In this document: positions 40,703 to 50,007 of the stretch, in pieces | Layout: every line of letters begins with the position of its first letter | Position numbering within the stretch: the first letter of the stretch is position 1 | Notes under the pieces: generated by a model | Told to the model about the DNA's origin: nothing | The model's input: the letters and a program-made list of their open reading frames with translations, nothing else | Databases searched by the model: none | Translations under genes and position numbers: made by a program | NCBI GenBank assembly: GCA_965197475.1 | Contig: CBDANF010000003.1 | Span: forward strand, 2,976,001-3,040,000 | Direction of reading: 5' to 3' | DNA length: 64,000 nt | Source: Candidatus Poribacteria bacterium | Lineage (GTDB): Bacteria; Poribacteria; WGA-4E; WGA-3G

Positions 40703-43099
40703 TTACGAATGCAAAGGTGTTTGCCATGCGGATTTGAGGTTATCTATTGAAGTATCCACAATTCGCTTGCCTGTTAATCCATTGATGACAAATTCTGGTG
40801 TTTCTGTAACGGTGCCTAAACAACCAAGTGGCACTTCAGCCATGTGATTTTCAAAAGCATCTTGGAGTTGTTGTTCAATTTCAACAATAAAACGGCTATT
40901 TGATTCTGAAAATAACAGAAAATCGTCAAAAGGAATTTCTGCTCCGGTCGGGACGTTGTCAAGATTTAATGACATGCCGTAACCACCCGAAAATGCCATT
41001 TCCGCTGCTGCAACACCGATACCGCCTTCAGAACAATCATGACAGGAACGCACCAAACCACTATTGATCGCAGCACTGAGTGTTTCCATAGTCAACTTTC
41101 CCTCACTCGGACGCACAATAGGCGCGGTGTTACCGATAAAATCGTGGATATCAAAGTAGTGAGAACCGCCTAATTCAGCATAGGTATTTCCAACAACATA
41201 AATCAGATTACGAGGGGATTTCACATCCATAGTAACTGCTTTACGAATATCCGGCAGGACACAGATTGCTGAAATGAGCAACGTCGAAGGAATTGCACGT
41301 TGCTCACCGGTTGTTGTATCACGGTATTCATTGTAAAGGCTATCTTTCCCAGAGATGAACGGTGTCCCGTAAGCAGTTGCAATGTCATAACATGCCTTCG
41401 CCGCACGCACTAACGCACCAAGCCGATCCGGTTTATCAGGGTTTCCCCAACAGAAATTATCCAGCAAAGCCGTCTTTTCAAGTGTTCCGCCGACAGCGAC
41501 TATGTTTCGGAGTGCCTCATCAATTGCCGATGCCGCACTGAGATACGCATCAACATCGCTGTATTTTGGGTTAATACCGTTCGCAACAATGACTGCCTTC
41601 CGATTTCCTAAGACTGGTGTCGCAACGCACGCATCGCTCGGTCCGTCGTTTTTGACTCCAACGAGAGGTTTGACAACTATACCCCCTTGCACCTCGTGAT
41701 CATACTGACGGATAACAGATTCTTTGCTTGCTATATTTGGACTTGCAAGGAGTTTACAAAGGTCTTCTGTATAGGATTCGGTTTGTCTATCTCGCGACGG
41801 CATTTCAGGGTGTTGTGGCGGTTGCCAAACAGCTTTTTTGACATGTTGCGGCAAGCCTTTATGCAGAAATTCCATATCCAAATCCGCTACCACTGCACCT
41901 TCATAAAAAACCTGCAACCTGTGAGTATCTGTGAAACTGCCAAGGACGGTTGCCTCAACCATTTCTGCTTCACAAATTTCCATCAGTTCCTGCAGATTTT
42001 CAGGTGGCACAGCGATTACCATCCGTTCTTGTGCTTCCGACAACCAGATTTCCCACGGTTCCAATCCCTCGTATTTTAGAGGGACCCGTTCCAGATGAAC
42101 CTCTGCGCCTGTGTCTTCTCCCATTTCACCCACAGCAGATGAGAACCCACCTGCACCGCAGTCAGTTATAGAACGGTACAGGTTTCGATCGCGTGCCTGT
42201 AACAGTGCATCAACTATCTTCTTCTCCATAATGGGGTTGCCGATTTGAACAACACTGCCGAGGTTTTCTGAAGTATCGTCCAATTCTGCCGAGGAGAAGG
42301 TCGCACCGTGAATTCCATCGCGACCAGTGCGACCACCAAGCGCAACAACAAGATCACCGGGTTCAACAGATTTATCACATCTGTCTCTTGGTATCAAACC
42401 GACGTTTCCACAAAAGACGAGGGGGTTTGCAGTATAACGTGTGTCAAAAAGAATAGCACCGTTTGCGGTAGGAATTCCCATCCGGTTACCGTAGTCGCGA
42501 ACACCAGCAACGACACCCTTCAACACGCGTTTAGGGTGGAGTGTCCCCTTCGGCAACTTCTCATAAGGTGTATCCGGCATACCGAAACAGAAAACATCTG
42601 TATTCAGAATCGGTTTTGCCCCCAGTCCAGTGCCGAGTGAGTCTCGGATAACGCCACCAATACCGGTGCCTGCTCCGCCATAAGGTTCAATCGCTGATGG
42701 ATGATTGTGCGTTTCCACCTTAAATACAAGATTGAAATTTTCATCAAATTCAATAATGCCCGCATTGTCTGAAAAAACGGAGACACACCAAGGTTTGTCG
42801 ATCTCCTCAGTTGCGCGTTGAATATAGGTTGGAAACAAACCATCAATTCGCTCCGTTTCCTTGCCCTCTTCAGAGTAAAGAATCATGCTTTTAAAGGTTT
42901 TGTGAACGCAATGCTCCGACCACGTTTGCGCAATAGTCTCAAGCTCTACATCGGTTGGATTGCGTTGCAGTGCTGCAAAATGGGTCTGAATAGTCTGCAT
43001 CTCGTTTAGATTTAGGGACAACGTGCCTTCTTGACTGATACGCATCAATTCAGTATCATCTGCATTCAAAATTTTAAATTCATTAACCTTATTGGACAT
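40703..43099 (-). CDS. purL: Phosphoribosylformylglycinamidine synthase II
   Basis: QTWSEHC.HK, KVETHNHPS, GRDGIHGA, DCGAGG, SEAQERM and FSESNSRF. Confidence 0.95.
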   Translation of the reverse strand: MSNKVNEFKILNADDTELMRISQEGTLSLNLNEMQTIQTHFAALQRNPTDVELETIAQTWSEHCVHKTFKSMILYSEEGKETERIDGLFPTYIQRATEEIDKPWCVSVFSDNAGIIEFDENFNLVFKVETHNHPSAIEPYGGAGTGIGGVIRDSLGTGLGAKPILNTDVFCFGMPDTPYEKLPKGTLHPKRVLKGVVAGVRDYGNRMGIPTANGAILFDTRYTANPLVFCGNVGLIPRDRCDKSVEPGDLVVALGGRTGRDGIHGATFSSAELDDTSENLGSVVQIGNPIMEKKIVDALLQARDRNLYRSITDCGAGGFSSAVGEMGEDTGAEVHLERVPLKYEGLEPWEIWLSEAQERMVIAVPPENLQELMEICEAEMVEATVLGSFTDTHRLQVFYEGAVVADLDMEFLHKGLPQHVKKAVWQPPQHPEMPSRDRQTESYTEDLCKLLASPNIASKESVIRQYDHEVQGGIVVKPLVGVKNDGPSDACVATPVLGNRKAVIVANGINPKYSDVDAYLSAASAIDEALRNIVAVGGTLEKTALLDNFCWGNPDKPDRLGALVRAAKACYDIATAYGTPFISGKDSLYNEYRDTTTGEQRAIPSTLLISAICVLPDIRKAVTMDVKSPRNLIYVVGNTYAELGGSHYFDIHDFIGNTAPIVRPSEGKLTMETLSAAINSGLVRSCHDCSEGGIGVAAAEMAFSGGYGMSLNLDNVPTGAEIPFDDFLLFSESNSRFIVEIEQQLQDAFENHMAEVPLGCLGTVTETPEFVINGLTGKRIVDTSIDNLKSAWQTPLHS

Positions 43100-43249
43100 T
43101 ACTTTCTCCGTTATTTCCAAAGTTAAGCCACAGCCAAGCTGCAATGTTGGACACATCCAGAAGCGAAGCTAAAACGCAAGGATAGACCGGGACCTGCTAA
43201 AGAAAGATTTCGCTGCTTGATAAATCCACGTGTCGTTTTTGTCTCTGTT

Positions 43250-43609
43250 TTATTCTGAGTGTTCGTTATGGTTTTCATCTTCGGCGAGTGCATCAACTTC
43301 TGTCCGAAGTTCCTCAGGCGTTTGGGTAGTGGCGGCTTTCTCAAAGAGCATTTCAAGCCGGTTGCGGTCATCAAGTCTGCGAATCGTTTCAGCAAGTGGT
43401 TCTGACACATTGTGAAATCGGAGTTGTACGAGTTTGAGAATATATTCGCGTTTGGTTCGCGTTTCGCCTTGTTGTAAGTAATGTTCAGCCATGCTCTGCA
43501 TGAGTTGTTTCTCCTTCTCTGAGATGTCCAAAAACGGATGGTTTTCAGAAACTATTTGATCTAACACCGGCCGCTCATCAATCGGACGTCTGTGTTTTCT
43601 AATAACCAT
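43250..43609 (-). CDS. Small protein resembling the helical C-terminus of Rpn/DUF4351-type proteins
   Basis: SMAEHYLQQG...ILKLVQLRF...IRRLDDRNRLEMLFEKAATTQTPEE pattern. Confidence 0.5.
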   Translation of the reverse strand: MVIRKHRRPIDERPVLDQIVSENHPFLDISEKEKQLMQSMAEHYLQQGETRTKREYILKLVQLRFHNVSEPLAETIRRLDDRNRLEMLFEKAATTQTPEELRTEVDALAEDENHNEHSE

Positions 43610-43815
43610 TTCGCGCTTCGGTCCGGAAACTGTTCGACACGTGTTTTTAAAGCCTCGAGTAGATCGTTGATGTCTAACATAGTGATATTTTACTAATTTC
43701 CTCCCTTTCCGCGCTGGTGTTTCCTTTTTTATATTATACGGTTTCTCGCTTGTTTTCTCAAGTTTTTTGTGTTAGAGTTACCACTTTGTCCGGAATATAA
43801 ACACAACCAATAACC

Positions 43816-43973
43816 TTACGTTTCAGTTATCTCAGCAGGCAGATTATCAATAATCCGAGCAGATTCCACACTCACATAAACAATATGCTTAATTGCCGCA
43901 ACCAAATCGCGCGGACCGGCAAACCAACCGTTTGGGTCGTTGACGATGCCGCTGTCCTTATATGTTTTATATA
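43816..43973 (-). pseudogene. Orphan copy of the Type ISP enzyme C-terminal tail
   Basis: KDSGIVNDPNGWFAGPRDLVAAIKHIVYVSVESARIIDNLPAEITET versus KDSGIVNDPNGWFADPRDLVTAIARIIHISVQSTRIINNLPAEITTTET at 45007-45171. Confidence 0.85.
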
Positions 43974-44039
43974 GTCCCGAACAATTAACTATCTCAGAGC
44001 GATGTGCATCTTCTGGAATATCTGAATTTAAGTGTGCCA

Positions 44040-44999
44040 TCATATCTCGACCCGATAGGCCATTTGTTCTTTCAGATGCCATAAGAGTGCCCTCACACCG
44101 TCAACAGTGGTTTCGGCTTCCATTAGTTCGGGGAGATTGTTGACGGTGCACTCAGGGTCATCCATTGGTGCCGTGATATAATGCATAACTTGTATGGGTG
44201 TCCAATATGGGAAATCACCGTAAATCGTATGTTCTATTTCATCAGAAAACCAATCACTTTGTCGAATTTCTACCATTTCAGCGAGATTGCTCTGTATTCC
44301 GAAATCCATCAGCGAGATGACGTGTAATTGTTGATTGCCATTGCGCGTTTGGTCATATTGTGTTTGGTATTCGTATACTTGATCAAGGAGTTCTTTGGCT
44401 TTCTGGTTCCAAGGGTGATTGTTAAGTAATAAATGAATAGGTTTACAAGTATACGAAAGACCTTCTAACGTTTGTTTTTCATTCACGTGTGCCGGTGGAT
44501 GGGTCGGAAAAAGTGCTAATTGTTGGCTGTCTTTCTCGTACTGAACTGATTCTAACAATTTTTGCCAGTGTTCACACTGAGTCGCAATGTCTTCCAATAC
44601 TTTGTCTTTTTCGGTTTCTTCCATCTCATGCACGGCATAATAATTTCCCCAGTTACTGCAGAAATCCATGAAATCTTTCAATGTAAATTGTTGAATTTCA
44701 GATATTTCGTATCGTTTTTTCATCCAATCTAAGTATGAATCGGGTTTAGGAAGGAGCACGAGCAATTGATAGAGTTTATCCAGAAGGTTAATGTCTATAA
44801 GGTAAAAAGCATCATTTTTCTCTTCATTTTCAAGTTCGGAAAATAATTCTCTTATTGAGTTATTGCGCGATAATTTGTATGGGTGGAGTGTAAGGAGTGC
44901 CTCAAGGCGTTCTATTGGTTCGCGAAGCGCGTCAAGTTCTTTCCTAAACTCTTTTTTCCATTCTTCATGTGTCATATCTACTTCCTTCATTATCTGCAT
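44040..44999 (-). CDS. Hypothetical helical protein
   Basis: 319-aa ORF directly downstream of the Type ISP gene; no motif recognised. Confidence 0.65.
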   Translation of the reverse strand: MQIMKEVDMTHEEWKKEFRKELDALREPIERLEALLTLHPYKLSRNNSIRELFSELENEEKNDAFYLIDINLLDKLYQLLVLLPKPDSYLDWMKKRYEISEIQQFTLKDFMDFCSNWGNYYAVHEMEETEKDKVLEDIATQCEHWQKLLESVQYEKDSQQLALFPTHPPAHVNEKQTLEGLSYTCKPIHLLLNNHPWNQKAKELLDQVYEYQTQYDQTRNGNQQLHVISLMDFGIQSNLAEMVEIRQSDWFSDEIEHTIYGDFPYWTPIQVMHYITAPMDDPECTVNNLPELMEAETTVDGVRALLWHLKEQMAYRVEI

Positions 45000-45006
45000 T
45001 CCTATT

Positions 45007-48000
45007 TTAGGTTTCAGTTGTTGTAATTTCAGCCGGTAAGTTGTTAATGATGCGGGTGGATTGGACGCTGATGTGGATGATGCGGGCGATTGCCGTGACT
45101 AAATCGCGCGGATCAGCAAACCAACCGTTCGGGTCATTGACGATGCCGCTGTCCTTGTCTGTTTTTATATAATAGCGGTCAATGAACCACTCCAGCGGTG
45201 ATCTGCCGTTGACGATATAGCGGTAAGCGTCTTCTGGGATACCGGATAAGCGAACATTCGTATTGATGTCAAGCTGTCTTTTCATATCAGGCCCATAACG
45301 CATCGCTTTTTCAGTTAGTAGGAATAGGTTTGGGTCCGCATCTTCAAGGTCTGTTGGTGATGAGGACATATTCGGAAACTCAACTCTGAGCGGGTATTGT
45401 TCACACGTCTCGTAATTGAGGTGGAATTCTGCCAATTTATATCCTGCGTCAGCAAAGGCAGTGAAGTCTGGGGCATAAGGGATACGCGGTAACATTTTGG
45501 ACAGATCATTTGCGAACTGTTCTCGGTAGCTGGGGGCGTGCAGGATACCGTAAACATAATAGAAGATTTCATCTTTGGTAATTTTATCCGTTCTATAATG
45601 TTTTTGGAATGCCTTAAGTGCGGTATCTGATATATTGTCAATACGATCAGGTGTGTCGTCAACATCAAGAAGTGATTCTGATGCGTCTGGTGTATCCGAT
45701 GGTTTCGGATATTGGTAGCGTGGAAAACATCGCGTGGCTTCATTGAAACCGAGATCTGGCATGGTATCAACCATGAGAGTGGAAAAATCCTTTTTTGAAC
45801 CCTTCCCAGGGGTACAGATGACAAGATTTTCACTGGTACTCTCAGGGAACATCTGGTTCATCTGGTATGCGCGAGATATGAAAGTATGATCAGCGTAACA
45901 ATTAGTGGTAACAAATGGTCGGTACGCTACATTTCGTATGTAGTTGACATTGAATTCTGTTTCTATTCTCGTCATCCGATTTATAAGTTCATCAGACCAC
46001 TTTATATTTGATGATTGACGTTGTGCTGCTTCGTCTGCAGTAAGATCAGAATTATCACTCATATCAGAACGGGCTGCAAGATAATCTTGGGTCATCCTCA
46101 AAGCGATTTCTGCACAAGTATCCTTTGTAAAATTGTATATGTATGCGTCTCTGGTCGTTTCTAATCCTCTCACATATAATCTAAATATCGCATTATCCGC
46201 TTTACCTTTCTTTGTATCCTCCGAACCCATTGGATAGAAATTTGCAAACGCTTCATTGCGTTGGTCAATCCAGTCGTTGTGTTTATCGGGTGTGATGGTG
46301 TCCCAATCAGTAAATCCCGAGATTGACTCCACCTCGCGTAATTCCTCCAACTTCTTCTGGCGTGTGAGGTAGTCGCCGATGTCGCGGTATTGTATTTTGC
46401 AGCCTTCGTGTGTTGCGTTCGGATTTTTGACAAGAATTGAAATACCGACAGGTGCACGTGAACCACTACCAAAGATTTTACCCCCTTCTTGTCGTGAACG
46501 TTCTCCTTGTGTACGCTGATTTCCTCGTAAATGTAATATGTGAATCGAACTAAACTCCTCTACTAAGCACGCTCGAATACCTGCATCTGTGTTACTATCA
46601 ATCCATGATCCGTTCGTGACAAAGGCAATGATACCCTGTTCGCCAATTCTATCGGATGCCCACCGGATTGCCATTTTGTATGTATCGTAAAGACTCCTTT
46701 TATTCGTTGTTGTAGCATACACTAAATATGTCTCTTTGATACGTTCTTCAAGATCAATATATTCCACATTCGGATTGTCATCTGTAGATCTTCTCTGTCC
46801 GATTGACCATGGGGGATTGCCAACTATGACTTGGATTGGCAGTTTCTGTTGACGTTCGGCGCGTGTGCTGTTGTCTGGCAGCCACTCTTTCGGGAAAAGT
46901 GTAGGTTCGTCTTCTTTTTTGTTCAGATTGAAGGTGTCTGCCAAGACAATACCGTTGAAAGGTTCGTAGGTGCTATCTTCTCCGCGCCGTCCGCGGAATG
47001 TCTCCTCTATGTTGACGGTGGCGATGTAGTATGCCAGCAGGACGATCTCGTTTGCGTGGAGTTCTTCGCGATATTTGCGTTCAAGATCGACATCTTGGAT
47101 AATATCGGACTGCAGCAGGCGTGTGAGAAAAATGCCAGTGCCAGTGAACGGATCCAGCACATGCACACCCTCATCGGTTAAGCCTCGTCCAAACTCATCT
47201 TGCAACACCTCATTGGCACTGTGCAAGATAAAATCCACAACCTCAACTGGTGTGTAGACGATACCGAGTCGTTCAACTTCCTTTTTCAATGCGGTTACGA
47301 AAAACTTCTCGTAGAGTTCTAACAGCACACGTTGACGTGCTTCGCTATTGTCAAGTCCACGGGCGCGATTCTGGACGCTTTCGTAAAATCCTTCTAAATC
47401 GCGCGTTTCGTTCTCAAGTCCGAATTCGCCAAAATCGTTTTGGAGTTTGTTCAGTGCGTTTGCTACTGGGTTGCCGGACGCAAAATCGTAGTTCTCAAAG
47501 AGTGCTTCGAAAACGGGGCGGGTGATAATGTGCTGTGCCATCATATCAATAGCACTCTCACGGGTGATTGAGTCGTTGATCGTTTCTGTCAACTCGCTAT
47601 GGAAATCATCAAACCACTCTTGCAGCGCATTATTTTCAGGATCCTCTAATAGATTTTCAATCCGTCCAACGAGTCGCTTGAAAATATCTGCGACATCTTT
47701 TGCCCAACTTTCCCAGTATCTTCTGTCGCCGCATTTTTCTACAATCTTAGCGAAAATTGCATCGGCGGGAATACCGATCGGCAGCGTCAACTGCTCAGGG
47801 TCTAAAGTTCCTTCTCTATATTCACCATCGCCATTTTCCTCTTCAATGATAATAATTTCAGTTGGTTCGGTGTTAAGGTCAATTTTATTGATTTCGGCAT
47901 TCAGTCTGTCATCGTGTGAACGGAGTGCGCGGAGGACACCCCACACCGCGGCAAATCTTTCATTATCGTTGAGTGCTTCAACAGGGTCTACACCTGTCGG

Positions 48001-49830
48001 AATTGCGACCGGCAATATGATGTATCCATACGCTTTATTGGGTGCTTTTCGCATTACACGCCCGACTGCCTGAACAATGTCAACGTGTGAGTTTCTCGGT
48101 GTCATGAAAAGCACAGCATCAAGCGCGGGAACGTCAATACCTTCAGAGAGGCATCTCGCATTAGAGAGAATACGGCAAACGCCTTCAGAATCGCCTTTTA
48201 GCCATTCAATTAGCTTTTTTCGTTCAAGTGCGTTATTTTTACCATCAACGTGTGCGGTTTCGCATGTGAAATTTTGTGGACGTTGATCTTCTGGTACCTT
48301 TTCAATAGCAGTTTCTATGATGCCGTTCCAATGTTCAACAAGGTTTTCTGACGACTTGATGGTGTTTGTGAATGCGATGGCGCGGGTGAGCGGTGTGATA
48401 GAATCGTCGTTTGGTGATTTTCTTTCGGGGTTCTGTAGTGCGCGCCAACATCCCACTATCTTTGTCGCGTCGTTAATGTTAACCTCACTGCCGCCATTAC
48501 TGAGATAGTTGTGTAGCGTATCTTGCACACCTTGTTCGGACATGGCGAGCACTACAACCTTATAGTCGGAGAGTAGGTCTTGTTCTACTGCTTTGGAGAA
48601 GGGGAGTCGGTGAAATTCGGGACCGTATATGTTCGGATCGTCCATAGAATACACGTCAATATCGTGTTTTGCTGCTTTTGTTTTCGCACTTTCAGTATAA
48701 AGACGAGGTGTCGCAGTCATATAGAGGCGTTTTTTAGCACGGATACGATCATTATCATGGACAAGTACAAAAGGCGATGTATCATCATCAAGTCTATCAA
48801 CACCAGTGGTTCTGTGTCCTTCATCGCAAAAGATAATATCAAAAGCGGGGACACCAGTGTTCTGTGCTTCTTCCACTTTAGGCAGTGAATGATAGGTGCA
48901 GAAAACAACTCTCATATTACCTTCATCGCTTTTTTGTAGTGCTTCAGAGATAACGGTTTCATCAGTGGTAACAGGGAATTCCAATTCCATGAGGGTAGCG
49001 TCTTCGTTCGCTTTTCCTGCTTTTGTATCGGAGCATATACCGATGTAGCGATGTGAAATTTTCTGCTGTTCTGCCCATTCACGCATTGCCTGTGCAAAAA
49101 GTCCGATGGAAGGGACAAGATATAATACCCTGCCGCCGACACCAGCAATCTTTTCAGCGATTCGGAGTGCGGTGAAGGTTTTCCCTGTGCCGCATGCCAT
49201 AATCATTTTACCGCGGTCGGATTCTTGAAAACCTTTGGTAACATCGTCAAACGCTGCTTTCTGATGTTCCCGCAGACTGAACGTTTCCAGTTGATAGTTT
49301 AGTTGGTCTGGTTCTTGTAGGCTGAGGTCGGGCCACTGAACGGGTCGACTTGCGAGGTCTGCTGCACTGATCCGTTGGCATGGGGGTTCTAATCCATCAA
49401 TGGCTTTTAGTAGGTTTTTACTCCAGCTTTTCCCAGTATCAACAAAAATACGTGCTGTAAAGGGTTGACGATTAGATTGTGAAATGAACGTATCAATATC
49501 GGATTTTGATACCCGTTTGTCTTCTGCATAGCACTTGCACTGGATAGCACAAATACCATTATTACGTTCTATTGCGACAAGGTCAATGCCTAAATCAGTA
49601 CGAGTGAACCCTGGTTGGTTCGCCGCCCATTCTGCCCATAGATACACTTCCGAAAACCGCTTTTTATAGAAAGGGTCTTCAAGGAGATATGCTCTTACTA
49701 ATCGTTCGAATAGTCTGCCTTTTCCAAATTGTGTGTTGGCGTTTTGACAGATGTAATTAAGCGCGTCATAGAATCCGTTGTCTGACTCTTCGTTTCCGAT
49801 GAATAAGGACATCTGTCTTGCATCTGACAT
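45007..49830 (-). CDS. Type ISP restriction-modification enzyme (Mrr-like nuclease, SF2 helicase, N6-adenine MTase, TRD; LlaBIII/LlaGI-like)
   Basis: GIDLVA...AIQCK, MACGTGKT, CDEGHRT, QAVGRVMR, VLDPFTGTG, GNPPW and a C-terminal DSGIVNDPN. Confidence 0.93.
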   Translation of the reverse strand: MSDARQMSLFIGNEESDNGFYDALNYICQNANTQFGKGRLFERLVRAYLLEDPFYKKRFSEVYLWAEWAANQPGFTRTDLGIDLVAIERNNGICAIQCKCYAEDKRVSKSDIDTFISQSNRQPFTARIFVDTGKSWSKNLLKAIDGLEPPCQRISAADLASRPVQWPDLSLQEPDQLNYQLETFSLREHQKAAFDDVTKGFQESDRGKMIMACGTGKTFTALRIAEKIAGVGGRVLYLVPSIGLFAQAMREWAEQQKISHRYIGICSDTKAGKANEDATLMELEFPVTTDETVISEALQKSDEGNMRVVFCTYHSLPKVEEAQNTGVPAFDIIFCDEGHRTTGVDRLDDDTSPFVLVHDNDRIRAKKRLYMTATPRLYTESAKTKAAKHDIDVYSMDDPNIYGPEFHRLPFSKAVEQDLLSDYKVVVLAMSEQGVQDTLHNYLSNGGSEVNINDATKIVGCWRALQNPERKSPNDDSITPLTRAIAFTNTIKSSENLVEHWNGIIETAIEKVPEDQRPQNFTCETAHVDGKNNALERKKLIEWLKGDSEGVCRILSNARCLSEGIDVPALDAVLFMTPRNSHVDIVQAVGRVMRKAPNKAYGYIILPVAIPTGVDPVEALNDNERFAAVWGVLRALRSHDDRLNAEINKIDLNTEPTEIIIIEEENGDGEYREGTLDPEQLTLPIGIPADAIFAKIVEKCGDRRYWESWAKDVADIFKRLVGRIENLLEDPENNALQEWFDDFHSELTETINDSITRESAIDMMAQHIITRPVFEALFENYDFASGNPVANALNKLQNDFGEFGLENETRDLEGFYESVQNRARGLDNSEARQRVLLELYEKFFVTALKKEVERLGIVYTPVEVVDFILHSANEVLQDEFGRGLTDEGVHVLDPFTGTGIFLTRLLQSDIIQDVDLERKYREELHANEIVLLAYYIATVNIEETFRGRRGEDSTYEPFNGIVLADTFNLNKKEDEPTLFPKEWLPDNSTRAERQQKLPIQVIVGNPPWSIGQRRSTDDNPNVEYIDLEERIKETYLVYATTTNKRSLYDTYKMAIRWASDRIGEQGIIAFVTNGSWIDSNTDAGIRACLVEEFSSIHILHLRGNQRTQGERSRQEGGKIFGSGSRAPVGISILVKNPNATHEGCKIQYRDIGDYLTRQKKLEELREVESISGFTDWDTITPDKHNDWIDQRNEAFANFYPMGSEDTKKGKADNAIFRLYVRGLETTRDAYIYNFTKDTCAEIALRMTQDYLAARSDMSDNSDLTADEAAQRQSSNIKWSDELINRMTRIETEFNVNYIRNVAYRPFVTTNCYADHTFISRAYQMNQMFPESTSENLVICTPGKGSKKDFSTLMVDTMPDLGFNEATRCFPRYQYPKPSDTPDASESLLDVDDTPDRIDNISDTALKAFQKHYRTDKITKDEIFYYVYGILHAPSYREQFANDLSKMLPRIPYAPDFTAFADAGYKLAEFHLNYETCEQYPLRVEFPNMSSSPTDLEDADPNLFLLTEKAMRYGPDMKRQLDINTNVRLSGIPEDAYRYIVNGRSPLEWFIDRYYIKTDKDSGIVNDPNGWFADPRDLVTAIARIIHISVQSTRIINNLPAEITTTET

Positions 49831-49868
49831 ATAGGTTTCCTGTTTTCAAAAAATTGTGTTAACGATCT

Positions 49869-49982
49869 TCATTCCTTAAACGAAGCAGTAACCCGTGGAA
49901 TACTCTCCTCACAGGCAAACCGTTCGATGCTGGATGCACCAACAAACCCAACGGTATCTGTATTCTCATTGATATATGCAGC
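49869..49982 (-). repeat. 114-bp copy of the TIM-barrel gene 3' end (copy 2)
   Basis: 105/114 identical to 56549-56662 by manual comparison. Confidence 0.95.
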
Positions 49983-50007
49983 AACCATTTTAGGCGTTAT
50001 TTCTCCG

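Noticed and set aside
43100-43249. Purine, ZTP or PRPP riboswitch upstream of purL
   Set aside because: I could not match the conserved cores of these riboswitches by eye; cmscan would be needed.
49869-49988. 39-aa mini-ORF MVAAYINEN...FKE formed by the repeat (also 53359-53478)
   Set aside because: An in-frame ATG exists, but the GGAG is about 14 nt away and nothing supports translation.
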